Source of the DNA: Gemmatimonadota bacterium
Lineage (GTDB): Bacteria > Gemmatimonadota > Gemmatimonadetes > Gemmatimonadales > GWC2-71-9
Length of the DNA stretch: 48,936 nt
NCBI GenBank assembly: GCA_036679605.1
Contig: JAZDCZ010000173.1
Coordinates: forward strand, 1-48,936
Direction of reading: 5' to 3'
Shown here in pieces: positions 37,390-47,906 of the stretch. Positions within the stretch are counted from its first letter, which is position 1; each line of letters opens with the position of its first letter. The translations under genes and the position numbers were made by a program. The notes under the pieces were generated by a model. The model was not told the DNA's origin. It did no database searches and worked only from the letters and a program-made list of their open reading frames with translations.

Positions 37390-38152
37390 TGTCGGCAATA
37401 CTGAAATTACCCTTGGCGTCTTTGATGGTGAGCGGCTAACCGGCAATTGGCGACTCACATCCACAACGGGTCGCACTGCCGACGAGTGGGCAGCTGTATT
37501 CACGTCTTATCTTGGTCACGCTGGACATTCTACGCACGAGGTGCGTGCTGCAGCGATAGCCTCTGTGGCGCCCGGAGTGACCGAGTCAATCGCAGGTGGA
37601 GTCAAGTCGGCAACGGGTGTGCGGTCGGTCATAGTCGGTCCGACATCGAAACTACCCATCAAACTCGATGTGGAGGAGCCGATGCAGGTTGGCGCAGATC
37701 GGGTCATCAACACTCTAGCTGCGGCTGAACTCTATGCGCGAGACACTATCGTGGTGGACTTCGGAACAGCCACCACATTCGATTGTATTACAGGCGACGG
37801 TCGTTTTTTTGGAGGAGTAATCGCCCCGGGGCTGAGAGCCGCTGCAGACAATTTGGCCGAGCGAGCGGCAAAGCTCCCTTCCACCGACCTAACACCGCCA
37901 GAGCGTGTCATTGGACGGCGCACCGAGGAGTGTCTTCGTGCCGGTATTCTGTTTGGGTCAGCCGATGCAGTAGATGGTATCGTTCGTAGGATCAAGGCCG
38001 AGTGGCCCAACGACTGCACACCGTATGTCGTGGCAACTGGAGGCCTGGCACCGAAAATCGTTGCATTGTCCTCTGAGATCGACCATACCGAACCGCACCT
38101 GACATTGCTTGGTCTCAGGATCGCAGCAAGGCATCTGAAGCTCGAATGGTAG
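37373..38152 (+). CDS. coaX: Type III pantothenate kinase
   Basis: LVIDVGNT, VGADR, VVDFGTATTFD, GGVIAPG, VATGG, LTLLGL. Confidence 0.96.
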   Translation: MLLVIDVGNTEITLGVFDGERLTGNWRLTSTTGRTADEWAAVFTSYLGHAGHSTHEVRAAAIASVAPGVTESIAGGVKSATGVRSVIVGPTSKLPIKLDVEEPMQVGADRVINTLAAAELYARDTIVVDFGTATTFDCITGDGRFFGGVIAPGLRAAADNLAERAAKLPSTDLTPPERVIGRRTEECLRAGILFGSADAVDGIVRRIKAEWPNDCTPYVVATGGLAPKIVALSSEIDHTEPHLTLLGLRIAARHLKLEW

Positions 38153-38175
38153 ATCCCGTTTCCTGACGCATCCGA

Positions 38176-40287
38176 ATGACGCCCTCAAAAGACTCATTTG
38201 AACATACCAACCGTCTGATACACGAGACGAGTCCGTATCTCCTTCAACATGCTCACAATCCGGTGGACTGGTACGCATGGGGGAGTGAGGCGCTCGATCG
38301 GTCGAAACGTGAGGATCGGCTGATTCTGCTGTCGATTGGGTATGCGGCCTGTCATTGGTGTCATGTGATGGAGCGGGAATCCTTCGAGAACGAGCGAATC
38401 GCCGCCCTGATGAATCAACTCTATGTGAATATCAAGGTCGATCGCGAAGAGCGTCCTGACCTCGACGAAATTTACATGGCTGCGACGGTTGCGCTAAACC
38501 ACGGACAAGGTGGATGGCCGATGACCGTCTTTCTGTCGCCAGAACTCGAACCAGTTTTTGCCGGGACGTATTTCCATCCGGAGGGCAGGTTCGGTAGGCC
38601 CGGGTTTAGCGAAATCCTGATCGGCGTCGATAAGGCCTGGCAGGATGATCGCGAGGGCCTGCGAACACAAGCAGGCCGGTTCACTGAGCGTTTGAAGAGC
38701 CAGATGGCAGACCTGGGCCCTTCGGTGGCAGTAGGAACTACCGAACTGCGTCTGGCACTTGAGCAATACGCGGACGACTTCGATCCGATGTTCGGGGGAT
38801 TCGGACCAGCCCCAAAGTTCCCACCTGCCACGAGCCTTTCGCTGCTACTGCGCCTGCACACGCGATTTGGGGATGAGCGTGCCTTACACATGGTTTGTAA
38901 GACACTCGATTCTATGGCAAGCGGCGGAATCTACGACCATGTAGGTGGAGGGTTTGCTCGTTATTCCACCGACAGAGAATGGCTGATACCGCATTTCGAA
39001 AAAATGCTGTACGACAACGCTCTGCTCGCCGGGATTTATCTCGAAGCATATCAGGTGACACAGAACATTCTCTACAAAGACGTAGCCGTCGAAACTCTAG
39101 ACTACGTTCTCCGCGAAATGACCTCTCCTGAAGGAGGGTTCTATTCCTCAACCGACGCAGACTCTGAAGGAGAAGAAGGCAAGTTCTTTGTCTGGACGCC
39201 GGAAGAGATAGCAGATGTACTCGATGAGAGGTCAGCGCTTTGTTTCTGTACCTGCTATGACATAACTGCGGATGGGAATTGGGAGGGGAAGAGTATACCG
39301 AATGTTCGGCGGCCGTTCGAATCGGTTGCCACCGAACTGAATATGACGCCGCTCGAACTTCGTGACATAGTGACAGAGGCAAGAAAGAAACTCTATGAAC
39401 GACGCCTCAAGAGAGTCGCTCCCGGGCTGGACGATAAGATAATCACCTCGTGGAACGGAATGATGATCAACTCGCTGGCAGCCGGCTATCGCGTCCTTGG
39501 AGACGAGCGGTATCTGACTGCTGCAACTCGCGCAGCCGAGTTTCTGCTTACCACGCTGCGGGACAATGACGAAGGACTGCTGCGCACGTACCGAGCAGGC
39601 AAGGCGCACCTGAATGCATACCTGGAAGACTATGCGTGCTTCGGTGAGTCGCTGATCGAACTGTATGAGGCAAGTGGTGAACCGAGATATCTCCGGGAGG
39701 CAATGCGCCTCCTTGAGGTCTTGCTGACAGAGTTCCGCGATGATGCATCCGGCGCATTCTTTCACACTTCTCGGCGCCACGAGCGGATGATAATGCGGTA
39801 TCGGGAAGGTACCGACGGGGCTACGCCGTCGGCAAACGCGACCGCGGCCAATGTGTTGGCTCGTATGTCATGTCATTTGGACCGGGATGATCTGAGGGAG
39901 AAGTCACTTGCCGTTGTTGGGGCGTATGGCAGGTCAGTCGTGCAATTTCCCCGAGCCTTTGCGAAGGCCCTGATTGTAGTGGACTTGCTACTGGACGGGC
40001 CCATTGAGGTCGTGCTAGCCGGACGACGTGGCGCAGCGGACTTGCAGCGTCTTCGAGCTGAGGTGGCCAATCGATTCATTCCGCACCGAGTCGAGGCGCT
40101 GAGACATGTCCGAGAGGAGGGCGAGTTCGACGATCTGCCGTTGCTGCAAGGAAAATCGACTGTAGATGGAAAAGCCGCTCTCTACATCTGCCTCAATGGC
40201 TTGTGCAGCGCCCCTATAACTGATCCGACACAAGTTGCGAATGCCATAGCCGAGGCTTGCCGGAAGCACCAAAGGCAGAGCGAGTGA
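38176..40287 (+). CDS. YyaL/SSP411-like thioredoxin domain plus (alpha/alpha)6 protein
   Basis: [66 protein letters not shown]....WNG. Confidence 0.94.
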   Translation: MTPSKDSFEHTNRLIHETSPYLLQHAHNPVDWYAWGSEALDRSKREDRLILLSIGYAACHWCHVMERESFENERIAALMNQLYVNIKVDREERPDLDEIYMAATVALNHGQGGWPMTVFLSPELEPVFAGTYFHPEGRFGRPGFSEILIGVDKAWQDDREGLRTQAGRFTERLKSQMADLGPSVAVGTTELRLALEQYADDFDPMFGGFGPAPKFPPATSLSLLLRLHTRFGDERALHMVCKTLDSMASGGIYDHVGGGFARYSTDREWLIPHFEKMLYDNALLAGIYLEAYQVTQNILYKDVAVETLDYVLREMTSPEGGFYSSTDADSEGEEGKFFVWTPEEIADVLDERSALCFCTCYDITADGNWEGKSIPNVRRPFESVATELNMTPLELRDIVTEARKKLYERRLKRVAPGLDDKIITSWNGMMINSLAAGYRVLGDERYLTAATRAAEFLLTTLRDNDEGLLRTYRAGKAHLNAYLEDYACFGESLIELYEASGEPRYLREAMRLLEVLLTEFRDDASGAFFHTSRRHERMIMRYREGTDGATPSANATAANVLARMSCHLDRDDLREKSLAVVGAYGRSVVQFPRAFAKALIVVDLLLDGPIEVVLAGRRGAADLQRLRAEVANRFIPHRVEALRHVREEGEFDDLPLLQGKSTVDGKAALYICLNGLCSAPITDPTQVANAIAEACRKHQRQSE

Positions 40288-40886
40288 ACGTGAGAGCTGT
40301 CCTTACAATTACTCTCATTCTAGCTGTGGGCTGCACTCTTGGAGATACGCATGTCGCACCGATACCCAGTGAGGTGGTTCTTGCCCACACGGAGGTCGTG
40401 TATCAGATCGCCGGCCGGAGTGAACGGCAGTTACTTCGGGAGATGATGGTGTTGGGGCCGAAAGAGGCGGGAGAGTCTTTTTTCGCTTACACACGCTGGC
40501 GTGTTCGCTTGCAGATCCGGGCGGATTCAGCACGGGGGTACTGTGAGATAGCAGAATGGCGTGTCTTGCTCGACCTCACCACGATCCTTCCCGAGTGGCA
40601 AGTTCCTGGAAACGCGTCTCCTGCACTCATCGAGAAATGGGACTTGTTCTTGAGTGCGCTGCGGCGCCACGAACGGGGGCACAGAAAGTTGGCGGCGGAA
40701 GGCGCGAGGAAGGTGTCGCACATGCTCGAAAAAATGGCAGAGGCGCCATGCTCGAAGGCGGAACACGATGCTAAACAGGCGGCAGCGATCATACTTGCAT
40801 CGGCGAGGGCAAGGAGTTCCCAATTCGACCGCGTGACTGATCATGGTATGACCGAGGGAGCAGGCTGGCCTCCTGCAACGCGGTGA
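40284..40886 (+). CDS. DUF922-like secreted putative Zn-peptidase lipoprotein
   Basis: Lipobox LAVGC, AYTRW, LPEW, HERGH (HExxH), [11 protein letters not shown] start overlaps the upstream stop. Confidence 0.8.
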   Translation: MNVRAVLTITLILAVGCTLGDTHVAPIPSEVVLAHTEVVYQIAGRSERQLLREMMVLGPKEAGESFFAYTRWRVRLQIRADSARGYCEIAEWRVLLDLTTILPEWQVPGNASPALIEKWDLFLSALRRHERGHRKLAAEGARKVSHMLEKMAEAPCSKAEHDAKQAAAIILASARARSSQFDRVTDHGMTEGAGWPPATR

Positions 40887-40991
40887 GGCGGCTAGCTTTG
40901 GGTTCTCGGGTCCGTGTCGGCATATTTCGACAACTCTAATGGAGCGTATCTCAGTGAGCGCTAAGAGGCTACTGGTAGCGGAGCATTTTCA

Positions 40992-43900
40992 ATGAGAGTT
41001 TTCATTGTAGGAATTGCGCGTTCAATCTCGATCTGCTTGTTGATGGCGACCATCGGCTGTGGCGGGAGAGATAGCGACAGCGGTAGCAGAGCCACTGACA
41101 TAATCACTCTGCGCACTTTGGGGCTTGCCTATCTCGAGGAGAACCGACTAGAAGAGGCCGAGGAACAATTTGGTCGCCTCATCGAATTGGTGCCGGACGA
41201 GCCGCTCGGATACGCAAACCTTGGCCTCGTCAGCCTGCGTCTAGGGAAATATCAAGACGCCGAGAGCCGTCTAGTGGATGCTCGCAACCTGGCGCCGGAC
41301 GATGCTGACCTTCGATTGCTTCTTGCAAAGGTGTATGACCTGACGGATAGGTCGGAGTCTGCCGTCAGTGAACTCGAGGAAGCAGTTGCCGCTGATTCTA
41401 CCAATGTCAGGGTCATGTATGCACTGGCCGACATTTTGTCACGTTCCGACGACAGCGACGTTAGGGAGAGAGGGGAAGAGTACCTCCAACGGATAGTTGA
41501 GTTTGCTTTGGGAAACATAGCCGCTCGGTTTCATCTGATCGAACACTTGGTGCGAAGCGAGGATGCGGATGCGGCGATCGCTCACCTTGAGGAAGTAAGG
41601 CGACAGGTACCCGAACTTCCAAAGGAAGCAACAGATTTCTTCGAGCAGGCACTGTCGCTGTTGAGAACGGGCCAAACAGACAACGCTCTGAAGCCGACGA
41701 TCATGGTTCATAACTTCTTGAAGGTTACTCCCATCTATCAAGCTGGGCTCAGGGATCTCGTAGGGCCCAGCGGCGCTGATGTGGGTTTCCCGATCATCAC
41801 GTTCAGTCGCAACGTGTCAGCCGCAACTCGGGATCCCTCAGCCATTCTTGCTGCTCTGCGGTTCACTGACGCTTCAGAGGCAGCGGGTTTGAATATCATC
41901 GCTACGGGTGATACGAACCGACCAGTAACGGACGTGGAGGGCGGACAGTTCTCGGTAGAAGATTACGATGGAGATGGAGATCAAGACCTATTTGTTTCCA
42001 ATTGGAGCCCAGATGGATCTGGGAGCACAGCTTACCTGTTCCGCAACGACCTGGGCAAATTTACGGATGTTGCGTCGGAGGCGGGAATAAAGCGAAGTGG
42101 AACCGTCACCGGATCAATCTTTGGTGACTATGACAACGACGGTTTGTTGGATCTGTACGTAGTTCAAAGAGGTGCCAACATTCTCTATCGTAACGTCGGA
42201 GACGGACGCTTTGAGGATGTGACGGGACGGACGGGAGTGGGAGGCAATGCGACCGGCTACCGAGCACTCTTTGCCGATTTGGACCAAGAGGGCGATCTGG
42301 ATCTCTTCGTGGCTAACCAAGGATCCAACGAGGTCTATAGGAACAACTTGAACGGCACCTTCACGGAAAGGTCCGGCATCATGGGACTAACCGGATCCGA
42401 TGTTGCGGCCCGGGATATTGCCATGGGTGACTTCGATGAGGACGGAGATCTGGATCTGTTCGTCGTAAGTGAATCCGGTGCTAACCGGTTGTATTCCAAC
42501 CTGAGGCAAGGCCGCTTTCAGGATGTCGCATCTGAGAGCGGGCTCGGCGGTGCCGATGGAGGTGGTGCGGTGGCGGTGGGTGATTACAACAGCGACGGAT
42601 TCGTGGACATTTTTCTGACGTCGTTGAACGGTGCGTCCCATCATCTATATCGCAACAATCGCGACGGGACTTTTTCCGAGGATCAGAGGTCGCGCCGTGC
42701 ATTTCGCGCGCTCACGGGAATAAAGGGGCTGGACGCAGTCTTCGTCGATTTCGATAACGATGGATTCCTGGATCTCGTGGTAGTGGGTGAGGCCATCGAT
42801 GGCGACGGGAGAGCGGCGCTCTTGTTTCACAACGATGGCTCCGGCAGATACGAAGACATGTCTTCCCTCTTGCCTGACGACGTAACGTCGGGGCGCATGG
42901 TAGTGACTGCTGATTACAACGAAGATGGAGATATGGACCTGTTCATCATGGGACTAGATGGTCGGGTACGATTGGCTAGGAATGACGGTGGGGATGCCAA
43001 TCATTATATCAAGCTCCAATTGGTGGGTTTGAGGACCGGAAGCGGGAAGAACAACCATTTTGGGATTGGTGCCAAAGTAGAGATCCGCGCTGGCGACCTC
43101 TACCAAATGCGAGTAGTCACAGATCCCGTCACACACGTGGGCCTTGGCCAACATCTAAAGGTCGATGTCGTGCGGATCATCTGGACCAACGGTGCTCCTG
43201 AGAACCTGTTCTTTCCAGGGAGTGACCAGGACCTAGTAGAGGAACAAACTCTCAAGGGGTCGTGCGGATTTCTCTATGTATGGAATGGTGAGGAATACCA
43301 GTTCGTCACAGATGTTCTCTGGCAAAGCGCGCTGGGTATGCCACTGGGAATAATGGGTGAAGCTACGGCGTTTGCTCCACCCGGTGCAAGCCATGAGTAC
43401 ATCAAGATCCCGAGCGGCCTATTGAAGGAAGAGGACGGGGTCTATGCGCTGCAGATCACGGAAGAGTTATGGGAGGCGGCGTACATAGATAAGGTCAACT
43501 TGCTCGTTGTGGACCATCCAGAATCAGTGGCAGTGTTTGTCGACGAACGATTTGTTCCGCCCCCGGCGTCAGATCTGAGGATCCATCAGGTAGGAAACCG
43601 GTACTCGCCTGTGGCCGCTACTGACGAACGAGGGAATGATTTGCTCTCGATGGTCAAGACGAAAGACGATCGCTATGTGGCAAACCTGATTCCTGGCAGG
43701 CACCAAGGCATTACGGAAATGCATGATCTTGTCTTGGACCTGGGAAGTGCCGCTAGTTCAGGCGATGTGGTTCTCTATCTGAACGGGTGGGTTTTTCCGA
43801 CTGATGCCAGCATAAATGTCTCGATGTCGCAGTCCAACATGCGAGCCATCTCTCCATATTTGCAGGTAGTAAATTCGAACGGGGAGTGGGAGACTGTAGT

Positions 43901-44540
43901 TCCCGACATGAGCTTCCCAACAGGCAAGAATAAGATGGTGGTCTTGGATCTAAGGGAAAAGTTCCTGACCGTCGACGATCGAAGAGTCCGCATCCGCACG
44001 AATATGGAGGTGTATTGGGACTATATCTTCTTCTCCCGCGGATCGTCTCGCGCTCAGATGATCCGTACCACGCTCTCTCCACAAAGCGCGGACCTTCACT
44101 ACAGGGGCTTCTCTCGTCTCTTTCGCAAGGGTGGCAGGTACGGTCCTCATTGGTTCGAGTACCGTGACGTTACAACAGAGCAGAGGTGGCGGGATCTGGA
44201 AGGATACTACACGCGCTATGGTGATGTCCTACCGCTGATGGGCGAGGAGGATGACATGTATGTGATCCTAAACTCAGGTGACGAACTCACCCTGGAGTTT
44301 GATGCGTCGCATGTACCAAGCCCCAAGCCGGGTTGGACGCGGGATTTCTTGCTCTACAGTGTGGGGTGGATTAAGGATGGAGATCTCAATACCGCTGAAG
44401 GCAGAACAGTGGGACCGCTCCCATTTGGCGGCATGTCCAGTTACCCGTATGGAGCTGACGAGTCGTATCCTCAGGATAGACTTCATCGAGAGTTTCTCAA
44501 GAAATACAATACGCGCAAGGTAGACCTGAAGAAGTTCTAG
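40992..44540 (+). CDS. TPR + FG-GAP/VCBS beta-propeller + ASPIC/UnbV (CRTAC1-like) lipoprotein
   Basis: Lipobox TIGC, N-terminal TPRs, seven D[YFL][DN]xDGxxD-type repeats, GIGAKV...HVGLG...WTNG, then a KGSC.FLY-led C-terminal region. Confidence 0.88.
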   Translation: MRVFIVGIARSISICLLMATIGCGGRDSDSGSRATDIITLRTLGLAYLEENRLEEAEEQFGRLIELVPDEPLGYANLGLVSLRLGKYQDAESRLVDARNLAPDDADLRLLLAKVYDLTDRSESAVSELEEAVAADSTNVRVMYALADILSRSDDSDVRERGEEYLQRIVEFALGNIAARFHLIEHLVRSEDADAAIAHLEEVRRQVPELPKEATDFFEQALSLLRTGQTDNALKPTIMVHNFLKVTPIYQAGLRDLVGPSGADVGFPIITFSRNVSAATRDPSAILAALRFTDASEAAGLNIIATGDTNRPVTDVEGGQFSVEDYDGDGDQDLFVSNWSPDGSGSTAYLFRNDLGKFTDVASEAGIKRSGTVTGSIFGDYDNDGLLDLYVVQRGANILYRNVGDGRFEDVTGRTGVGGNATGYRALFADLDQEGDLDLFVANQGSNEVYRNNLNGTFTERSGIMGLTGSDVAARDIAMGDFDEDGDLDLFVVSESGANRLYSNLRQGRFQDVASESGLGGADGGGAVAVGDYNSDGFVDIFLTSLNGASHHLYRNNRDGTFSEDQRSRRAFRALTGIKGLDAVFVDFDNDGFLDLVVVGEAIDGDGRAALLFHNDGSGRYEDMSSLLPDDVTSGRMVVTADYNEDGDMDLFIMGLDGRVRLARNDGGDANHYIKLQLVGLRTGSGKNNHFGIGAKVEIRAGDLYQMRVVTDPVTHVGLGQHLKVDVVRIIWTNGAPENLFFPGSDQDLVEEQTLKGSCGFLYVWNGEEYQFVTDVLWQSALGMPLGIMGEATAFAPPGASHEYIKIPSGLLKEEDGVYALQITEELWEAAYIDKVNLLVVDHPESVAVFVDERFVPPPASDLRIHQVGNRYSPVAATDERGNDLLSMVKTKDDRYVANLIPGRHQGITEMHDLVLDLGSAASSGDVVLYLNGWVFPTDASINVSMSQSNMRAISPYLQVVNSNGEWETVVPDMSFPTGKNKMVVLDLREKFLTVDDRRVRIRTNMEVYWDYIFFSRGSSRAQMIRTTLSPQSADLHYRGFSRLFRKGGRYGPHWFEYRDVTTEQRWRDLEGYYTRYGDVLPLMGEEDDMYVILNSGDELTLEFDASHVPSPKPGWTRDFLLYSVGWIKDGDLNTAEGRTVGPLPFGGMSSYPYGADESYPQDRLHREFLKKYNTRKVDLKKF

Positions 44541-44542
44541 GT

Positions 44543-45262
44543 ATGCGAGTCCTTACCGGCACTAGCGGATATTCCTACAAGGAGTGGAAGGGGAGCTTCT
44601 ATCCCGCATCAATAAAGGCCAGCGAGATGCTCTCCTATTACGCAGAGCGGTTCAAGTCGGTCGAGATAAACAACACCTTCTATAGGATGCCGACAGAGAA
44701 CGTGCTAGCTCAGTGGGAAAGTCAGGTTCCAGCCGATTTCCTGTTTGTCATAAAGGCGTCGCGCCGTATCACGCATATCAAGCGGCTTCGCAATGTAGGG
44801 GACGAACTGTCTTTCCTATTTAGTCAGCTGTCTGTCCTCGGTGAAAAACTGGGCAACATCCTGTTCCAGTTACCGCCTAATCTCAAGAAAGATCTAGACC
44901 GACTCAGCCAATTCCTGGGAAGGGTTCCCAGTGGGGCACCCGTTGCGATTGAATTCAGGAACATCAGTTGGTTCGACGACGAGGTCTATGATGTTCTGAA
45001 GCGTCGCAATATTGCACTAGTCACGGCCGATACAGAAGACACTACAGACGCGCGGCTGGCGGATACCGGAGAGACGGGATATCTCCGATTGAGACGGGAA
45101 TCCTATAGCGAGTCGGAACTGCGCGAGTGGGCAGAGCGTATTGACGGTCAGAACTGGCAGAAGGCGTTCGTCTTTTTCAAACACGAAGGCGAAGCTATCG
45201 GACCACGCCTCGCGAAGCAGTTCGACCTGTTGAGCGGCCAATTCGCCGGAGACGGGAGTTAG
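44543..45262 (+). CDS. DUF72 (YecE) family protein
   Basis: GTSGYSYKEWKGSFYP, VEINNTFYR.P, KASRRITH, LFQLPP, EFRN.SW, YLRLR. Confidence 0.93.
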   Translation: MRVLTGTSGYSYKEWKGSFYPASIKASEMLSYYAERFKSVEINNTFYRMPTENVLAQWESQVPADFLFVIKASRRITHIKRLRNVGDELSFLFSQLSVLGEKLGNILFQLPPNLKKDLDRLSQFLGRVPSGAPVAIEFRNISWFDDEVYDVLKRRNIALVTADTEDTTDARLADTGETGYLRLRRESYSESELREWAERIDGQNWQKAFVFFKHEGEAIGPRLAKQFDLLSGQFAGDGS

Positions 45263-45300
45263 CGGCCGCAGGCAACTCACCGACGAGAGGATATTGCGCC

Positions 45301-45765
45301 ATGAAGAAGCTTGCGATACTGGTCACTGTGCTGTTGGCGCCTGCTACCGCCCACGCTCAGGGGGCCGAGGATGGGGTGATGCGGCCCATTCGAAGTCTCT
45401 TCAAAGCGATGCGGAGCGGGGACAGCGCTTTGGCTCGGGCGGCATTCCACCAGCAAGCCAGACTGTCGCGTGCTCCCGGTCAGGACGGCGAACTCACGGT
45501 GGATGACGCGGCACTGGAGGGTTTTGTCTCAGCGATCGGACGCGAGCACGACAAGATCTGGGACGAGCGGATATGGGATTGGGAAATCAAGATCGACGGA
45601 AACATGGCGACCGTATGGACAAAATACGCGTTTTATCTCGGCGAGGAGTTCAGTCATTGCGGTATTGACGCGTTTCAGCTGGTTAGAACCGGAGGAGGTT
45701 GGAAGATCCTTAATCTCATCGATACGATGCAGAGAGGTGCTGCTTGCGAGACCGAGGCCAGGTAA
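45301..45765 (+). CDS. Secreted NTF2-like (lumazine-binding-like) protein
   Basis: Signal peptide AHA/Q, DERI, IDGNMATVW..Y.FY, SHCGIDAFQL, WKI..LIDT. Confidence 0.85.
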   Translation: MKKLAILVTVLLAPATAHAQGAEDGVMRPIRSLFKAMRSGDSALARAAFHQQARLSRAPGQDGELTVDDAALEGFVSAIGREHDKIWDERIWDWEIKIDGNMATVWTKYAFYLGEEFSHCGIDAFQLVRTGGGWKILNLIDTMQRGAACETEAR

Positions 45766-45781
45766 CCTATGAAGCCCGGCG

Positions 45782-45810
45782 TTGAACTCGGAAGCCTCCT
45801 CCGATAACTT
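45782..45810 (+). promoter_or_regulatory. Putative sigma70 promoter with palindromic spacer
   Basis: TTGAAC-[TCGGA-agcctcc-TCCGA]-TAACTT (17-nt spacer). Confidence 0.55.
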
Positions 45811-45850
45811 GGTATCGGAATCCTGACTTTGACCCTTGGAGAGGTACTGC

Positions 45851-46465
45851 ATGACCTCTGTCACCCAACCAGCGAACCTCTCTAGCTACGGCGCTAGAGC
45901 CATAGTCACAAGTGGAGTGAAGCTGGGTGTTATTACCGCGTTGGGAGTCACCGTTTTCGCACTTTTGTCCCGAACAATGGCGGGCACTTCGGAGACCGTG
46001 GTCCAGTCGCTGCTGGTACTGGTGGGTGGGGTGGTCTTCAGTTTTCTACCGGCTATTTGGATGCGGCCGACCGATGTTGATTCTATCGCCTGGAGCGCCT
46101 TGGTGGGGCTGTTGGGTGCGTTGACCTTTACCGTCCTCGATACGGCAATCCTCCGGCCCTTGAACATGTACCACTTCACGTGGGATCAAATCGGTGGCGG
46201 GAGCGGATTCTGGTACATCCCAGTTTGGTGGATGGGCTCAGCGGTGTTGGCCTGGCTTGGCTCGTGGCTCTATGCGATCATGAACCGAGACGGCCAGGTG
46301 AATCTCGTCAGCACTATTGGACAGACACTGGTGATGGCCCTGGTGCTGTTCGGTATCCTGGTCATGACTGGCATAGGGCCGTTCCGCACCGCCATTATGG
46401 CCCTGGCCTTCTCTCTCGCTTTGGTGCTCCACGTTCCCCTGGCAGCGGCCTTGCGGCGACGGTGA
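45851..46465 (+). CDS. Hypothetical 6-TM membrane protein
   Basis: Six hydrophobic segments and an aromatic loop YHFTWDQIGGGSGFWYIPVWWM; RBS GGAGAGG before ATG 45851. Confidence 0.8.
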   Translation: MTSVTQPANLSSYGARAIVTSGVKLGVITALGVTVFALLSRTMAGTSETVVQSLLVLVGGVVFSFLPAIWMRPTDVDSIAWSALVGLLGALTFTVLDTAILRPLNMYHFTWDQIGGGSGFWYIPVWWMGSAVLAWLGSWLYAIMNRDGQVNLVSTIGQTLVMALVLFGILVMTGIGPFRTAIMALAFSLALVLHVPLAAALRRR

Positions 46466-46677
46466 CCCGAACGCCGACTCAGCGGCTTGGACGGACAATC
46501 GGCTGGCTGCTCACACCCTTCGTGGTCTGGGCGGCCGCTTTTTTGGGTGGCTGGATAGGCACCGCCATCAGAACCGACCTTGCTTGGTTGATTGGCGGGG
46601 CGGCTGTAGGTGGCACGGGTGGTCTGGTAGGCTGGAGTCTCATGATGCGACGGCGCAAGGCCCCGAAGCGTGATTGA
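46462..46677 (+). CDS. Small 2-TM membrane protein
   Basis: GTG start overlaps the upstream TGA; GWLLTPFVVWAAAFLGGWIG...; basic tail. Confidence 0.65.
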   Translation: MTRTPTQRLGRTIGWLLTPFVVWAAAFLGGWIGTAIRTDLAWLIGGAAVGGTGGLVGWSLMMRRRKAPKRD

Positions 46678-46709
46678 GGTTGGTTACCTACCGCAATCAT
46701 TCCAATTTC

Positions 46710-47906
46710 TTATGTCGCCTTCAGTGACGCAGCCGAGGCCCGACGAGCCGCCGCCGCCAGGACCGCTGCGCCGACAAAAATTGACTCGTCGGCGGGCAGG
46801 AAGCGAGACGTATGCGCTGGAATGGGAGGTTGTCCGGCATTGCGGGCGCCGATCCTAAGGAAACTGCCATCGACCTTCTCTAAGTAACAGGCAAAATCTT
46901 CGCCACCAAGGTTGGGTTCCGGGAGCGTAACCAGGGCATCCGCGCCCAGTAAATCACAAACGGCCTCCTGAGCCCATGCAGTTGTCCTCGTTTCATTTAC
47001 GAGGGGCGGAGTGCCGTTACGTACGGAGACGTCGGCGGTCATGTTGTGCGCGGAGGCGATCCCGGCCGCGCAACGCCTCAGCTCAGTTTCCAATCGGGCC
47101 CTGATGTCATTGTTGGCCGCGCGGATTGTCCCGGACAGCCGAGCCGCATTGGGAATAACGTTGTGGGCGCTACCGGCCTCAACAACTGCCACGGTGATTG
47201 CCGCGGGCGTACCTGGTGCCAACCGGCGTGACACGATTGTCTGTAGAGTGCAGATGAGTGCGGCCGCCGCAACTACCGGGTCATTGCCCTCGTGTGGCCG
47301 TGCCGCATGTGAGCCGTGACCGGTCAGTTCTATCGTGAAATCGTCCGCCGAGGCCGCGACGCTTCCTGGCTGAGCCACTACTTGACCCACTTCGAATCGC
47401 ATGTCTACGTGACATCCGAAGATCGCGCAAACACCATCAAGTGCGCCTGCCTCAATCATCACCGGCGCGCCGCGACCGGTTTCCTCTGCGGGCTGCAACA
47501 GAATTACTATGTCACCACTTGGCGGATCCGCAGTGAGAAGATGCGCGGCCCCAACTGTCCATGCCGAGTGAACATCATGTCCGCAAGCGTGCATTACGCC
47601 GAGGTTGACCGACGAGAACTCCACGTCGGTTTCCTCTTGGATGGGCAGGGCATCCATATCGCCTCTTATCGCCACCACCGGAGCGTCCGGGATCGTTCCC
47701 GGTATGCGAGCCACAATTCCCGTCTCAGCTACACGTCGAATGTCCTCGAGGCCGACATCCCTGAGTGCACGCTCTAGTCGCTCGGCGGTATGGTGCTCCT
47801 CGAACGAGATCTCCGGATTGCGGTGAATTTCGTGCCGTAGGGATACCAGCTTCTGCCGCTGGTCGGTAGTGAATATTTCGTGAGCCGGTTTCTGCTTCAT
47901 GCTCAA
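46710..47906 (-). CDS. M20D family amidohydrolase
   Basis: HRNPEISFEE, RGDMDALP, MHACGHD, QPAEE, GSHAARPH, GGEDF. Confidence 0.94.
   Translation of the reverse strand: MSMKQKPAHEIFTTDQRQKLVSLRHEIHRNPEISFEEHHTAERLERALRDVGLEDIRRVAETGIVARIPGTIPDAPVVAIRGDMDALPIQEETDVEFSSVNLGVMHACGHDVHSAWTVGAAHLLTADPPSGDIVILLQPAEETGRGAPVMIEAGALDGVCAIFGCHVDMRFEVGQVVAQPGSVAASADDFTIELTGHGSHAARPHEGNDPVVAAAALICTLQTIVSRRLAPGTPAAITVAVVEAGSAHNVIPNAARLSGTIRAANNDIRARLETELRRCAAGIASAHNMTADVSVRNGTPPLVNETRTTAWAQEAVCDLLGADALVTLPEPNLGGEDFACYLEKVDGSFLRIGARNAGQPPIPAHTSRFLPADESIFVGAAVLAAAARRASAASLKAT

Noticed and set aside
41950..42960. Recurring GA(C/T)-rich nucleotide repeats, considered as a possible CRISPR or tandem array
   Set aside because: They are coding FG-GAP repeats with synonymous variation, not identical repeats with spacers.
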